Assembly: GCA_024626585.2 (NCBI GenBank)
Contig: JANKJI020000004.1
Location: forward strand, 174,724,717 to 174,750,472
Reading direction: 5' to 3'
DNA length: 25,756 nt
From: Ginkgo biloba
Lineage: Eukaryota > Plantae > Ginkgophyta
The notes under the pieces: generated by a model
Told to the model about the DNA's origin: nothing
The model's input: the letters and a program-made list of their open reading frames with translations, nothing else
The model's database searches: none
Part shown: piece after piece, positions 12,282 through 22,812 of the stretch
How the letters are laid out: each line of letters opens with the position of its first letter
Position numbering within the stretch: position 1 is the first letter of the stretch
Program-made: the position numbers and the translations under genes

Positions 12282-13120
12282 AATCTCTTCAACTAGTTCA
12301 TCACCTCCTACTATGTCAGCAACAATAGCTCTTGCTTCATTTGTAGCAGCAACTTCTACAAATACTGCGAAGCAAATACTGCGACTTTAATAGACTTGCC
12401 AATGCCATGCGATAGAGGTGCACCATCACGAACCATCTAGTCACCTCGTTTTGGATTTACACCCAACAGTACATGTGCTTCAACAGCTTCGTCAAACCTA
12501 CATTTGGCATTGGCCTTCACTTCTTGAATAGCATTGTTTAAATCAAATAGAACTTTGGGCCCCTTTCGCTCGGGCACAACCATCTTTGGAAAAGGAATGT
12601 TTTCGTCCACTTCTTCCAGGCGCATTTGCGCTTCCATTCTTCTGGCCTCTCTTTCCAGCTATGTCCTTCGCCCAACCTATACCCTTGGACTGCCATCTGC
12701 AGGGATCTCCTCTTGCTGCTATGGTTCAAGATGAGGGGAAACTTTCACAGGGTAGGAAACCACGGGTACAATGGGCGCATCTTTCATATAGCGGCTTTCT
12801 TCTCGAGTCCAAGGTCGCGTGTTCGAATCTTCCTCCGTTTCCGAGGGCTTCTGTTGATGCTGTTGAGAGGGTAATACACGTGAAGATACAGCAGAAGAAG
12901 CTTGTCTTTGTACAGGGCGATCTGCATTGCTATCGACAGGAGGGTCCTTCGGTTTGACAGGAGGATACGAAACTATCTTAATGGTAGAGGGGTCCTTAGA
13001 GTCTTGATCGGAAGATGATGAATATGTGAAATGCTGAAGAAAACTGAGAGTTCTGTTACCCAAATACAATCTGGTGCTAGAGCGCCCGACTTGACGGAAT
13101 AGCATTTCCAAGCTCGCCAT
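12282..13120 (-). pseudogene. RPL1: Pseudogene (probably processed) of nuclear-encoded mitochondrial ribosomal protein L1 (uL1m), 3'-truncated
   Basis: ATG at 13120 with a presequence-like N-terminus, then VSYPPVKPKD, WTREESRYMKDAP..VSYPVKVSP, FDLNNAIQEVKANAKCRFDEAVEAHVLLGV, HGIGKSIKVAVF, EARA..ADIVGGDELVEEI. In-frame TAG stops at 12721, 12679, 12661 and 12439. A 14-bp tandem duplication at 12359-12384 shifts the frame. No introns. Similarity ends at 12282. Confidence 0.92.
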
Positions 13121-14071
13121 AACCTGCTCTCCTCTCCTCCGCTGAACAATACGAATATAGGAGTATTGGGGCTTTGGGTTTAAGGGAGCATATAATGGAA
13201 GATAGTGGGTTTTCATTTTATGGATTATGTTATTTTCGTCAGTATTGTATGAAATATTGTTCCCATAGTTCTCGCTNNNNNNNNNNNNNNNNNNNNNNNN
13301 NNNNNNNNNNNNNNNNNNNNNNNNNNNNNNNNNNNNNNNNNNNNNNNNNNNNNNNNNNNNNNNNNNNNNNNNNNNNCATATGTCGATTATATGCCCATAA
13401 TGTTTCCTTGTACAACAGTGTAAAACAAATCCCAACAAGATCACATTCCATTAGAAGAGAACCAAATCTTGTGAAACCAGCTTGTCACACATATATGAGA
13501 ATAAATTAAAAAGCCTTACAAAATGCAATTTGACCATTTTCAAGCACATGCAATGCATAGTGCACATAAGTACTTAACAAAAAATTTAGGTTTTCCACTG
13601 AAAACTAAAAAAAGGNNNNNNNNNNNNNNNNNNNNNNNNNNNNNNNNNNNNNAACCTTTGATGCTAGAGGTATAGTATAAAAAAATTGCCATTAGCACAA
13701 CAGTTGTCAAAGGTGTCCTTGGTGAAGTTGCACATGAGATGTGCAAATAGAAAGTATAACATTTGCTACTAGCTTCAGGGCGTTCTAGGGATGTTTTTGC
13801 CACTAAGATGTTCTGCAATTCAATCTAGGGAGTTTCATGTTTTGAAAGTGTCTTTAACTAAGAATTCTTGGAGTTATCGTTGTTAAGTAAAAGCTGATGC
13901 TACAAGAAGATGACAAAAAAGAGTGCAATTGCGAATAGTTTGTAGCCCCTCATTCAATTAAGTACATTAGAGCAGTGGAAAAGAAACTTTACATACCAAT
14001 ATGTAATAACTCCCGAAGGTGTAAAAATGCAAATAGATTGGCCCATTGGCTAAAGAATGTTAATATATTAC

Positions 14072-14313
14072 CTGTTGGTAAACTGCTCTAAAGACTGACC
14101 TGACTCCCCCCTCTCCGAAGAACACTGCCTGTTTTCCAAAAAATTGCTATTGCATTCATGATGCCCGTAATGCATTGAGCCATCAATCCTTTCACCACCA
14201 AAATTCACATCCATTTTCCTTCTGAAATCAAAATCTGATCTTTTGGAAAAGGCCAAACATGTTCTCTAAGGAGAAAGTGAATGTGACCTAGGAGGACTAC
14301 AGCGTCATTATTT
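14072..14313 (-). pseudogene. Exon-like fragment of an unidentified Arg/Ser-rich protein (segment A, copy 1)
   Basis: Reads K**RCSPPRSHSLSP*RTCLAFSKRSDFDFRRKMDVNFGGERIDGSMHYGHHE...QFTNR and ends at donor-like CAG|GTAATA (GT at 14071-14070). The homologous frame is open in the second copy. Family not recognised. Confidence 0.35.
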
Positions 14314-14365
14314 GGGCCTTTGACCCATGTTATAAGATTGTTTTGAATGTCTTTAAGGCAGTTTG

Positions 14366-14418
14366 TGTAACGTACCTAATTAATATGTTAATAGGCCTAA
14401 TCATTGTGTTAGTAGTTA
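14366..14418 (+). mobile_element. 5' end of family-R LTR (runs into a gap)
   Basis: TGTAACGTACCTAATTAATATGTTAATAGGCC... matches the LTR starts at 15344, 22002 and 25681. Confidence 0.8.
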
Positions 14419-14599
14419 NNNNNNNNNNNNNNNNNNNNNNNNNNNNNNNNNNNNNNNNNNNNNNNNNNNNNNNNNNNNNNNNNNNNNNNNNNNNNNNNNN
14501 NNNNNNNNNNNNNNNNNNATACTAGGTACATTAGTACACAAAGTACATTGACAATATTAAATAAACATAAAGTAATTAAGGTGAACATTAATATTCTAA

Positions 14600-15343
14600 C
14601 AAGAGATTCCATAATTTTGATTAAAGATAGGTGGTGATCAACGAATAAGACAAAGGTATCTAAAAGAAATTAAAATTGCAATTTAAAGAAGTTGCCTTGC
14701 AAGAAGATTTCTTCATGATGAAAGTCGGTGTAGATGTGGTTCTTAGGAGCTAATGATTGAGTATACTTGGCACGTTTCAAATGAACTTCAAAAGACTATT
14801 TTATGCGTTATAGTCATGAGGGTCAAAACATCACATTACAAGGCCTTACAACCCCTATAATGCATTTGACATCATCAAACAAAATAGAGGAGTTACAAAA
14901 ATATAAAGAAATAGAAAGGCAATCTATCATAACAGTTCAACTCTTCTCCACGCAAGAAAAAATTACAACAAACACACTAGAGGATCCCATATTCAAAAAA
15001 GAATTCAATAAATACCAAGATAAATGATGTCCACTAATAATAAAATGTCACAAAAAAGATCTCATAATAAAGTTACAACCCTCATTTTTATAAACCATAT
15101 CATACCAAGTATAGAATTAAAATTTCCATAACCAATGAAGAAGAAAGACTAGTGTTGATTTTAGAATCTATTATACGAATACAAGAAAAATAATTTTGCT
15201 CCATCAAAATTCAAGAATTTATAATTAAATGACAAGATTTACCCTTATAAAATGCTTCTTGCAAATCTTAAGTAATTTTACAATAATTTTCTCAACTTTG
15301 ATAGTAATGCTTTCAAGATAAAGCATCTTAAGAGGGGATGGCA
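14600..15343 (+). mobile_element. Internally deleted chromovirus (Ty3/Gypsy) internal region, copy 1: protease, integrase C-terminal remnant, chromodomain, PPT
   Basis: Degenerate retropepsin motif DVVL..*LSILGTFQMNF..MRYSHEGQNITLQGL, then KEFNKYQD joined to an integrase tail, NEEERLVLILESIIRIQEK...IQEFIIK*QDLPL*NAS (chromodomain), then purine tract TTAAGAGGGGATGGCA immediately before the LTR. Confidence 0.85.
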
Positions 15344-15617
15344 TATAATGTACATAATTAATATGTTAATAGGCTTAATCATTATGTTAGTAGTTAGTAT
15401 ATTGGTTGGAATTAATAAATAATCAATTGATATTAATGGTAGGTCACCAATGAAAAGGTGTTTATCCATGGTTACCCTGGGATCTATGTTCATATAAGTC
15501 ATCCCTTATTTGTTGTATGACATGACATTGAATATTACTAAATCATTTCTAGATTTGAAATTTCAAATATCTTCTTACATGCGTTCATCTCTAAAGTAGG
15601 CTGCAAAGTCTGCTCCA
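15344..15617 (+). mobile_element. Complete family-R LTR (274 bp)
   Basis: Starts TATAATGTAC (decayed TGTAACGTAC) right after the PPT, ends ...GCTCCA, and aligns end to end with 22002-22271. Confidence 0.88.
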
Positions 15618-15619
15618 AG

Positions 15620-15631
15620 TGGTATCAAAGC
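15620..15631 (+). promoter_or_regulatory. tRNA-iMet primer binding site
   Basis: TGGTATCAAAGC, one mismatch from TGGTATCAGAGC, separated by 2 nt from the LTR-terminal CA. Confidence 0.85.
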
Positions 15632-15651
15632 GAATTCAAAAAAAAAAATCA

Positions 15652-16338
15652 AAATCATATATTCTATATCGACGTCCATCATCCTGTCCACTCTTTTCAC
15701 CATTTCATTACCCTTTCCTCAACCTCATTTTTCCTTCTCCGTGTCTTCACCCTTCATTGTTCCTCCATGTTTTGTTTCTTTTGTTGCCTTCATTTTGNNN
15801 NNNNNNNNNNNNNNNNNNNNNNNNNNNNNNNNNNNNNNNNNNNNNNNTACGTCTCACGCGTTTCGTCCATCACACCCATGTTGTCTATCCAACACCGGCC
15901 AACCCGATTTGCTGCAAGAAAATTGCCAATGCACCACCCATCTTCAGTACCTGTTATTCATTTCTCATTCTTATCGTTGTGTGATCTTCTATTGTCCTTC
16001 GTTTCTCATCCCTATCCGTTGTTCTTATATTTTCGTTCGCATACACCTTGGCCATCCATCGCTTCTCATCCTTGCCCTTTCTCCATCTTTTCAGTTGCGG
16101 TCCCCTCTACTATCTGTCCAACCACACATAATAATAGCTTAGTGAGACATTCTCACCCAAGCCGTGGCTCACACAATTCATTGAGGGATTCGGCAAAGCA
16201 TAATACGATGCAATGCATCAGGGTAACACGATGACTCGAAGGAAAAAAATAAATTATTTTTTTTGTTAAGGTTATAAAAATAAATTAAATTTCAAATAAT
16301 ATTCTTAACTAAATAAAAGGGATAGGTGTAAAGTGACA
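15652..16338. repeat. Non-coding ~700-bp repeat B, copy 1
   Basis: Colinear with 22813-23514, from AAAATCATATATTCTATATC to TAAAAGGGATAGGTGTAAAGTGACA. Pyrimidine-rich on the plus strand. Confidence 0.9.
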
Positions 16339-16346
16339 AGGTTTTT

Positions 16347-16375
16347 TATATATCTATATCTATCTATCTATCTAC

Positions 16376-16409
<34 letters not shown>
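16347..16409. repeat. Compound (TATC)n/(TA)n microsatellite
   Basis: Directly visible. Confidence 0.95.
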
Positions 16410-19400
16410 CCGTGACATAAAATAAACATAAAGATCATATAAGGATTAATGGCATCAGATATGGATAAGAATGACACAGGAGAATCTAAAGCGATGAAGT
16501 CAAACGAAAATGCTAATCATTGAAGTTTTAAAAGAATCGATGGAAAATTTTGTTAAGATTCTTAGGTTAAATTAGACATCAAGTTATACTAGCATCCACA
16601 CAAGTTCTCCAATAACTAAATTAATGTCAAAAAGTTCTCCAACAATTGGTAAAAAATTCAATCATAGAAGGAGTTGTTACGTCGTAGAGAGTTGTCAATT
16701 ACAAAAGCTCCCAACTTTTTATAAAAGCCTCTCAAATTACCCAAAAAGTTATGATGAATAGGTAAATCACTTCGATTGATTGTGAATCATGAAATAATTG
16801 TAAATAAGATGGATTTAAATGATATGTAGGACAATTGTCCTTATTAAAATCTCTAAATATAAGATTTGGTTTTAGTAACCATCCTTAGCCAAATTTTGAA
16901 TATAGAGTGATATATGAGCTAAACAAAGAATATTGAAGGCATGGGTTAATGATTTGGAAATAATAGTAATTAAAGAGCATGATATTATGTTATTTGGAAG
17001 AAAATTCATTAAATTTAAGATATTTATTAAGAATGTAGATAAAAATCTGCCCCAAATTTACCATTCAAGATTGTTTAGTCAAAGACTTGAGTACTTACCA
17101 TAAGATGAGATGGTTTTTGAATAATTTCATTGATGTGTTTGAAAGTGAGGAGTACACAATGGTAAAATTAATTAGAGCTAAGGGGTCATTTCATTAATTT
17201 GCTAAAATATCTAAATAAAGCCATAGTTTATAATCAAGTATTAAGTCAACTATACTCATTTATGAGTCTATTTAGTGAGCAAAGGAAAAGACAACAATAT
17301 GATTTGTTGATCAAAATTAGAACAATGGAGATTCATACCTCAATAATCATGAGGAAATCTACTAAGATAAAAGATATTGTGGAAAATGTTAAATGATTGA
17401 AAGTTAGTAATAAGTACAATCTAATCTAGACACTCTTTACCTATTCCAAAAAATTTTAGTATTTGTTCGTTCACACACGTGAGCGTATACATGCAAATTT
17501 AAGATAGGAAGAGACCCTAAGCGATTTGGAGAAAATAAAAATAAAAAATGTTAAGTGAATAGAACAATTGGATGTTGGAAATATAAGTGGAAAAATGGGG
17601 AAGTCTTAACAATAATAAACTAACTCGTATNNNNNNNNNNAAAAGTAGCGAGCTCAAAAAGAAAGAAAGGAAAAGTTCTTGTAGAGGATTTAGTGTCTAA
17701 GAGTATAGAGAAAGGAAAATAAAAAATTATGAATTAAGATGATAACTCACCACTAGTAACTATATTAAAAAGACTAAAGGGGGTGAAAGCACCAATTTGA
17801 AAAAAAATATCATCTTCATAAAAATCTACTCCTATAAAGAGTATAACTACTATTCAATCTATTGGTTAAGAGAAGATATATATAACATAGGATGGAAGTG
17901 CAAAGGAAGAAGGTGATAGGTGTTGACCCCTTATCTTGGGTCCCCTTTTCTTTTCTTTTTTCTTGTCTTCCATTTGCAATTTTTCCTTAGCTAAGCTTTC
18001 CCCATAGTAGGACAATCCCCATGGATCAGTTGTTTCTCTTTCCTCTTCCTCAATTTTGTTTTGACAGGTACTTAGAGAGACTTCTCGATATGCCTAAGTT
18101 CATCTAAGTTGTTGGGCCACCCTTGTAAGACTCTTGTCGCCGCCCCCTTGTAGATGTGTTAACCCATAAATGACCCTTCTCTTCATGCTGTTCTTTGTAG
18201 GGAATCAGGCGAGCACAAGTCACTAGAAGCCACAAAGCTATTGAAAAATCTCTGAAAATCTCACTCTGCAGATGCTGCTAAGCCTTTAAATTGACGTACC
18301 TGGGTTGGCAAAATTGTCCCTTGCTCGACAAGGGAGCAATATATTTGGAGCAAGGGGCCAACTGTTCCTTAGAGGTCTCCACAACCTTGATTTAACCAGA
18401 GAGTAACATAAGGAGTGAGGCGTGGAAGGACACTGGGCAGAGCAAGCTATTCGGGACTTCGGGTTTTTGGGAATTGATGAAGATGTTGTTCTCTTCAAAA
18501 GGATCATGAACATCACAAACTTGAATTTAGTTAAATATAGTGACGAGAAGTCCTGAGACCTCATGATAAGTCTTCTTCCATAATTTTTATAACTTAAAAA
18601 CTAAATCCAGATAAATTTTCATTGGGAGTGGTGACTAGAGTTTGGGAGATAGCAAAGATGAGTTCCTCTTTACGAAGTCCCAAATTAGGTCTTAGAGCCA
18701 CGAAACTGAAAGAATATTTATGCCCAAATGAATAAAGTTTGGGCTTTAGAGTTTGGGGAATTTTGAGTAGGATATGGATTAAGTTATGTGCCCACATCCT
18801 TGCAGACGCAAGATGAGAAATAAAGAGCATCACATTGGGGATTCAAATTTAGACTTTGTTAAAGGAAATATTTAGGCTCTTGAATTTTTAGGGGTTTGGA
18901 AGTTGGTATTGACATTTTTCCCACCCAAAATATCTAAAGTCCGACAAACCCAAAAGAAGATAATTCATCTTTATGGAAGCTTTAGCTCTATGGAGGTTTG
19001 AGCAATTTAAATGGATGCACCCTTCAAAAGTTTTGGAGTCCTATGGACTCGACTAGAGATTATGTATGTGTGAATAAAGTTTGGAGAGCTCACTTCTAAG
19101 GGAATGAAAAGAAAGGACCAAAGTAGCACCTTGGTCTAATTACAGGGAGGCATTATAAAGAAAAGGATTAGACATCTACCTTTAGAAATCCCAAAATGAC
19201 CAAATTCCCAAGATGATGTGTCATGTTGGCATGCATTCTATAAGACCATGGCCTATCAAAGCTCATTGATGATCTTTAATGCAATATATAAGCACTTAAG
19301 GCAATAATCCTTTCATATACCTTAGGGAAACACTCACATCTACCACGAATGCACCTACACTTAATGCTAAAAGAATTCCACTCTTTCCATCCTAACTGAG

Positions 19401-20289
19401 TACTCATGGTATTCACAATATAGTATCCATATTTATTAAGGGAATTTAAGTGTATCCCTAAGAGAATACACGATTAGTATCTAAGATGACTTTACACACT
19501 CAAGCATTTGTGAAAAGCAGGGTCTATGAGAGTCGAGATAGGGAGACTTGCTGAAGTAAATGCAATAGTTGTAACAACCATATATGAGCCAAAATAAATA
19601 ATTACAACAGGTAGCCATGGCATTGATGGGTCACTCTTTTAGAAGAAATGCGAGGGATGGAAAACCACTAGGGGAAGAAGAGGATAAAAGGAGAAGTTTT
19701 TTTTTTTGTAAAGAGAGGTGGGATTTTTCTTTTATCTACATACAAACTTCACCTTTAGCCTTCTTTTCTCTCTCTTTTTATCCTTCCTTTTTCTAAGTTT
19801 GTTATTGTTGTAGTTGTATAGTGGCATCTAGAGGTAATTTTTTCTAGGGAAGATTGATGACTAGAGAGATTCACTAAAGGAAATATTTTGACTTAGCATG
19901 TCACCAATAGAAGTCTTCATATATTGATTATGAAAATATTATTCCTTTAAGGAGATACTAGTAGTAATTTTCTTTATGTAGAGAGTTGTGGCATTTGGAT
20001 TGTAATACTAATATTATATAAGTATTAGTATTTTTAATGCAAGTATAACTTTGGACATAAGTGTCATTTTAAAATTAGTGCTTGAATGGAATTTAGGGTG
20101 TTAACTGGATGATGCATTTATTGTTAATTATTCAAAAGAATCATCTTTCAAATATAATATTCTAGTTTAATATGAGTTATATGGTGATTGAGGAATTCAT
20201 CTTTCTTGGACACCATAGTAGTTTACATATGAAATCATGTCACTACACTTGTCCTAAGTAGTCATGGTCTATCTTGAACTCATTCTTCT

Positions 20290-20560
20290 CTTCCTCATGT
20301 TGTGATATTTTTCTCATTAAAGTTGGACTCGATGCCTCTCATTTTTGTATTATCTTGAGTATTATATGTTTTAGAGTTGAATCCTCCTCTCTTATTTATC
20401 TTATTATTCATGCTGTGATATATTTCCAATTAAAGTTCGACTAGCTTGATATTTTGATCATATCATCTATAGTAAGAGATGTTATAAAATTTCCACCTAC
20501 CTCTTATTTATCCATTGTCATTTATGCGAGTGAAGTTCAACTAGTTAGTTAGTTGCCATC
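20290..20560. repeat. Diverged tandem repeat, period about 113 bp
   Basis: CATGTTGTGATATTTTTCTCATTAAAGTTGGACT (20296) and CATGCTGTGATATATTTCCAATTAAAGTTCGACT (20409). CTCTTATTTATC recurs at ~20389 and ~20501. AAGTTCAACT at ~20533. Confidence 0.55.
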
Positions 20561-21555
20561 GTATCAACTTCACTAATAAATAATTTAGTCTTTGTTATTC
20601 TCTTCTTCTCTATGTCATTTATGTTTTTCCACCCTATTGATGGAAGTTGAATTGGTTTTCTATTCATCATCATATTAATCTCATTAGAAAATGCTCCCTT
20701 GACTTGATTTCTAGTTCTCTTTTACTTCTTTCTTATGATGCCCCTCAAGATGTGAATAACTAATAGCTTTTAATTTTGAATCCCTTCCTCCACTCATTAA
20801 TCACCTATTCATTAACAACAACCAATAGTAGTTTAATCTCTAATATTATTTATTCTTTGTAAATAAGGTAACTATCCTTATAAGATGAAGAGCATATTGA
20901 TGAGGAATTGTTACACACCTCACAATAGTGATATTTAGGTGGAGGCAATGAAGTATCCACTAATATTAAAGTTCCACCACCCACACATTTTAGAGATTCT
21001 ACTAGAATTAGAGATCAAGGTATGAAAGAATATGATCACGTAGCCCAAGTTTGCAATGTGAGTTCTCCACCTCAAGGTTGAGTTTTCTTAATCTAATGAA
21101 TATTTACAATGACCTCTGATCTATACTAAGTGTGAGTAGTCTTCAAATAAAACATAAAGAGAGTGATCAAGGTAGGGAAGAAAAGAGAAATAAAATAAAA
21201 CCAGAGAATATCAGGCCCAACATTCTCTCAAACTTCTACATGTTCCAGGCAAGAAAGAAGAACTACATAAATATAACGCATTCGTTGAAAGTAAAGAATT
21301 GTAATCCATAAAATATAATCAAACCAGTATTGACTCAATTTAATCCATTATGCTTCAAAGAGAGTGAATGACCATCACAAAGCCATGATAACTCAATTCA
21401 CTTGGGACTACAAATTGCATTGGCAAATCTGAAATCCTCTTACAAGTGTGAGTGANNNNNNNNNNNNNNNNNNNNNNNNNNNNNNNNNNNNNNNNNNNNN
21501 NNNNNNNNNNNNNNNNNNNNNNNNNNNNNNNNNNNNNNNNNNNNNNNNNNNNNNN

Positions 21556-21705
21556 GTTAGTCAGTCAATGATAATAAATAATTAGTTAATATTAATGACA
21601 GGTCACCTATAAAAAGGTGCCTATTCATAGTAACCCTAGGATCTACGTTGATATAAGTCAGTCCTTATTTGCTATATGACATGAAATCATTTCTATATTT
21701 CAAAT
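21556..21705 (+). mobile_element. Partial family-R LTR (central part)
   Basis: ATTAATGACAGGTCACCTATAAAAAGGTGCCTATTCATAGTAACCCTAGGATCTACG...TATGACATGA matches ~15430-15525 and ~22090-22175. Confidence 0.85.
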
Positions 21706-21712
21706 GATTATG

Positions 21713-21780
21713 CCTATTAACATATCAATTAGGTATGTTATACAAACTAACCTAAAGATAGTCACAACAACCTTATATCA
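21713..21780 (-). repeat. Inverted copy of the segment A / LTR-R junction
   Basis: Its reverse complement aligns to 21964-22030 with about 12 differences in 68 nt (hand alignment). Confidence 0.85.
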
Positions 21781-22001
21781 GCATTGTTGCGTTCATGATG
21801 GCCATAATGAGTTGAGCCATTAGTCCTTTCACCACCCGAATTCACATCCATTTTCCTTCTAAAATCAAAATTTGATCTTTTGGAAAGAGCTAGACGTGTT
21901 CTCTGAGGAGAAAGTGAATGTGACCTAGAAGCCTGCCACGTCATTATTTGGACTTTTGACCAATGATATAAGGTTATTTTGACCGTCTTTAAGGCGGTTT
22001 G
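21781..22001. repeat. Segment A, copy 2
   Basis: Colinear with ~14145-14365. Minus-strand ORF 21762-21944 (SRSHSLSPQRTRLALSKRSNFDFRRKMDVNSGGER) is homologous to ORF 14068-14256. Confidence 0.9.
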
Positions 22002-22271
22002 TATAACATACCTATTAATGTGTTAAAAGGACTCATCGTTGTGTGAGAAGTTAGGACAATGGTTAACATTAATGAATAATTAATTAATATTAATCATACG
22101 TGAAAAGGTGCCTATTCATAATAACCCTAGGATCTACGTCTATACAAGTCAATCCTTATTTGTTGTATGACATGACATTGAATAATACTAAATCATTTCT
22201 ATATTTGAAATCTTCAAATATCTTCTTTTCACATGCATTCATCTTCGAAGTAGGCCGCGAAGTCTGCTCCA
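22002..22271 (+). mobile_element. Complete family-R LTR (270 bp)
   Basis: TATAACATACC...GTCTGCTCCA, full-length match to 15344-15617. Followed by AGT but not by the rest of the PBS. Confidence 0.88.
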
Positions 22272-22433
22272 AGTTAAGGCCAAGAGCGCGCAGTGGGAAA
22301 AAGGGACAGAATGGTCAGTGCACACCAAAAAGGAGGATTGGTTGACCCAACCCAAGATCCAACTATGAGCTTTTTAATTGCTACAACTAAAATATATGCT
22401 ATTGAAGCTAGAANNNNNNNNNNTTGTTGGCAC

Positions 22434-22570
22434 CACACATGCTCGTTCACCTTCACGTCCACGTCCACATTCACGTTTAAGTTCATATACACATTCACAT
22501 TTTGGCGCCCCCACATCACATTCATGTTTACATTCACATCCATGCCAATATTTTGGCACATTCACATTTC
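22434..22570. repeat. Degenerate (CACATT/CACGTC)n hexamer repeat
   Basis: TTCACCTTCACGTCCACGTCCACATTCACGTT...; explains the spurious VNVNVDVDV and FTFTST ORFs. Confidence 0.75.
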
Positions 22571-22593
22571 AACTCCTAGCCAATGTTAACCCC

Positions 22594-22668
22594 CTTGGAG
22601 TAGACTTTGTGGCCTACTCTGGAGATGAATGCATGTAAGAAGAAGATATTTGAAGATTTCAAATATAT
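22594..22668 (-). mobile_element. Inverted 3' end of family-R LTR (runs into a gap)
   Basis: Its reverse complement matches 22199-22273 with about 9 differences in 75 nt (hand alignment). Confidence 0.9.
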
Positions 22669-22812
22669 NNNNNNNNNNNNNNNNNNNNNNNNNNNNNNNN
22701 NNNNNNNNNNNNNNNNNNNNNNNNNNNNNNNNNNNNNNNNNNNNNNNNNNNNNNNNNNNNNNNNNNNNTCACTTATGTTTTCTCACTTATAAATAGTGAG
22801 TTTTTTTCTAAT

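Noticed and set aside
12437-12721. Repeated TAG stops as U-to-C RNA-editing sites or stop-codon readthrough
   Set aside because: U-to-C editing is organellar and this is a nuclear-type gene with a targeting peptide. The frameshift and truncation show decay, and methyl-C deamination explains the stops.
16410-19500. A-rich and mixed regions resembling accessory ORFs of Gypsy elements or LINE ORF1
   Set aside because: Too degraded; no motif firm enough to call.
20040-20500. Faint Copia integrase-downstream motifs (AFIVNYSKES, IVRDVIKF)
   Set aside because: Weak, not in a consistent frame or spacing, and overlapping a tandem repeat.
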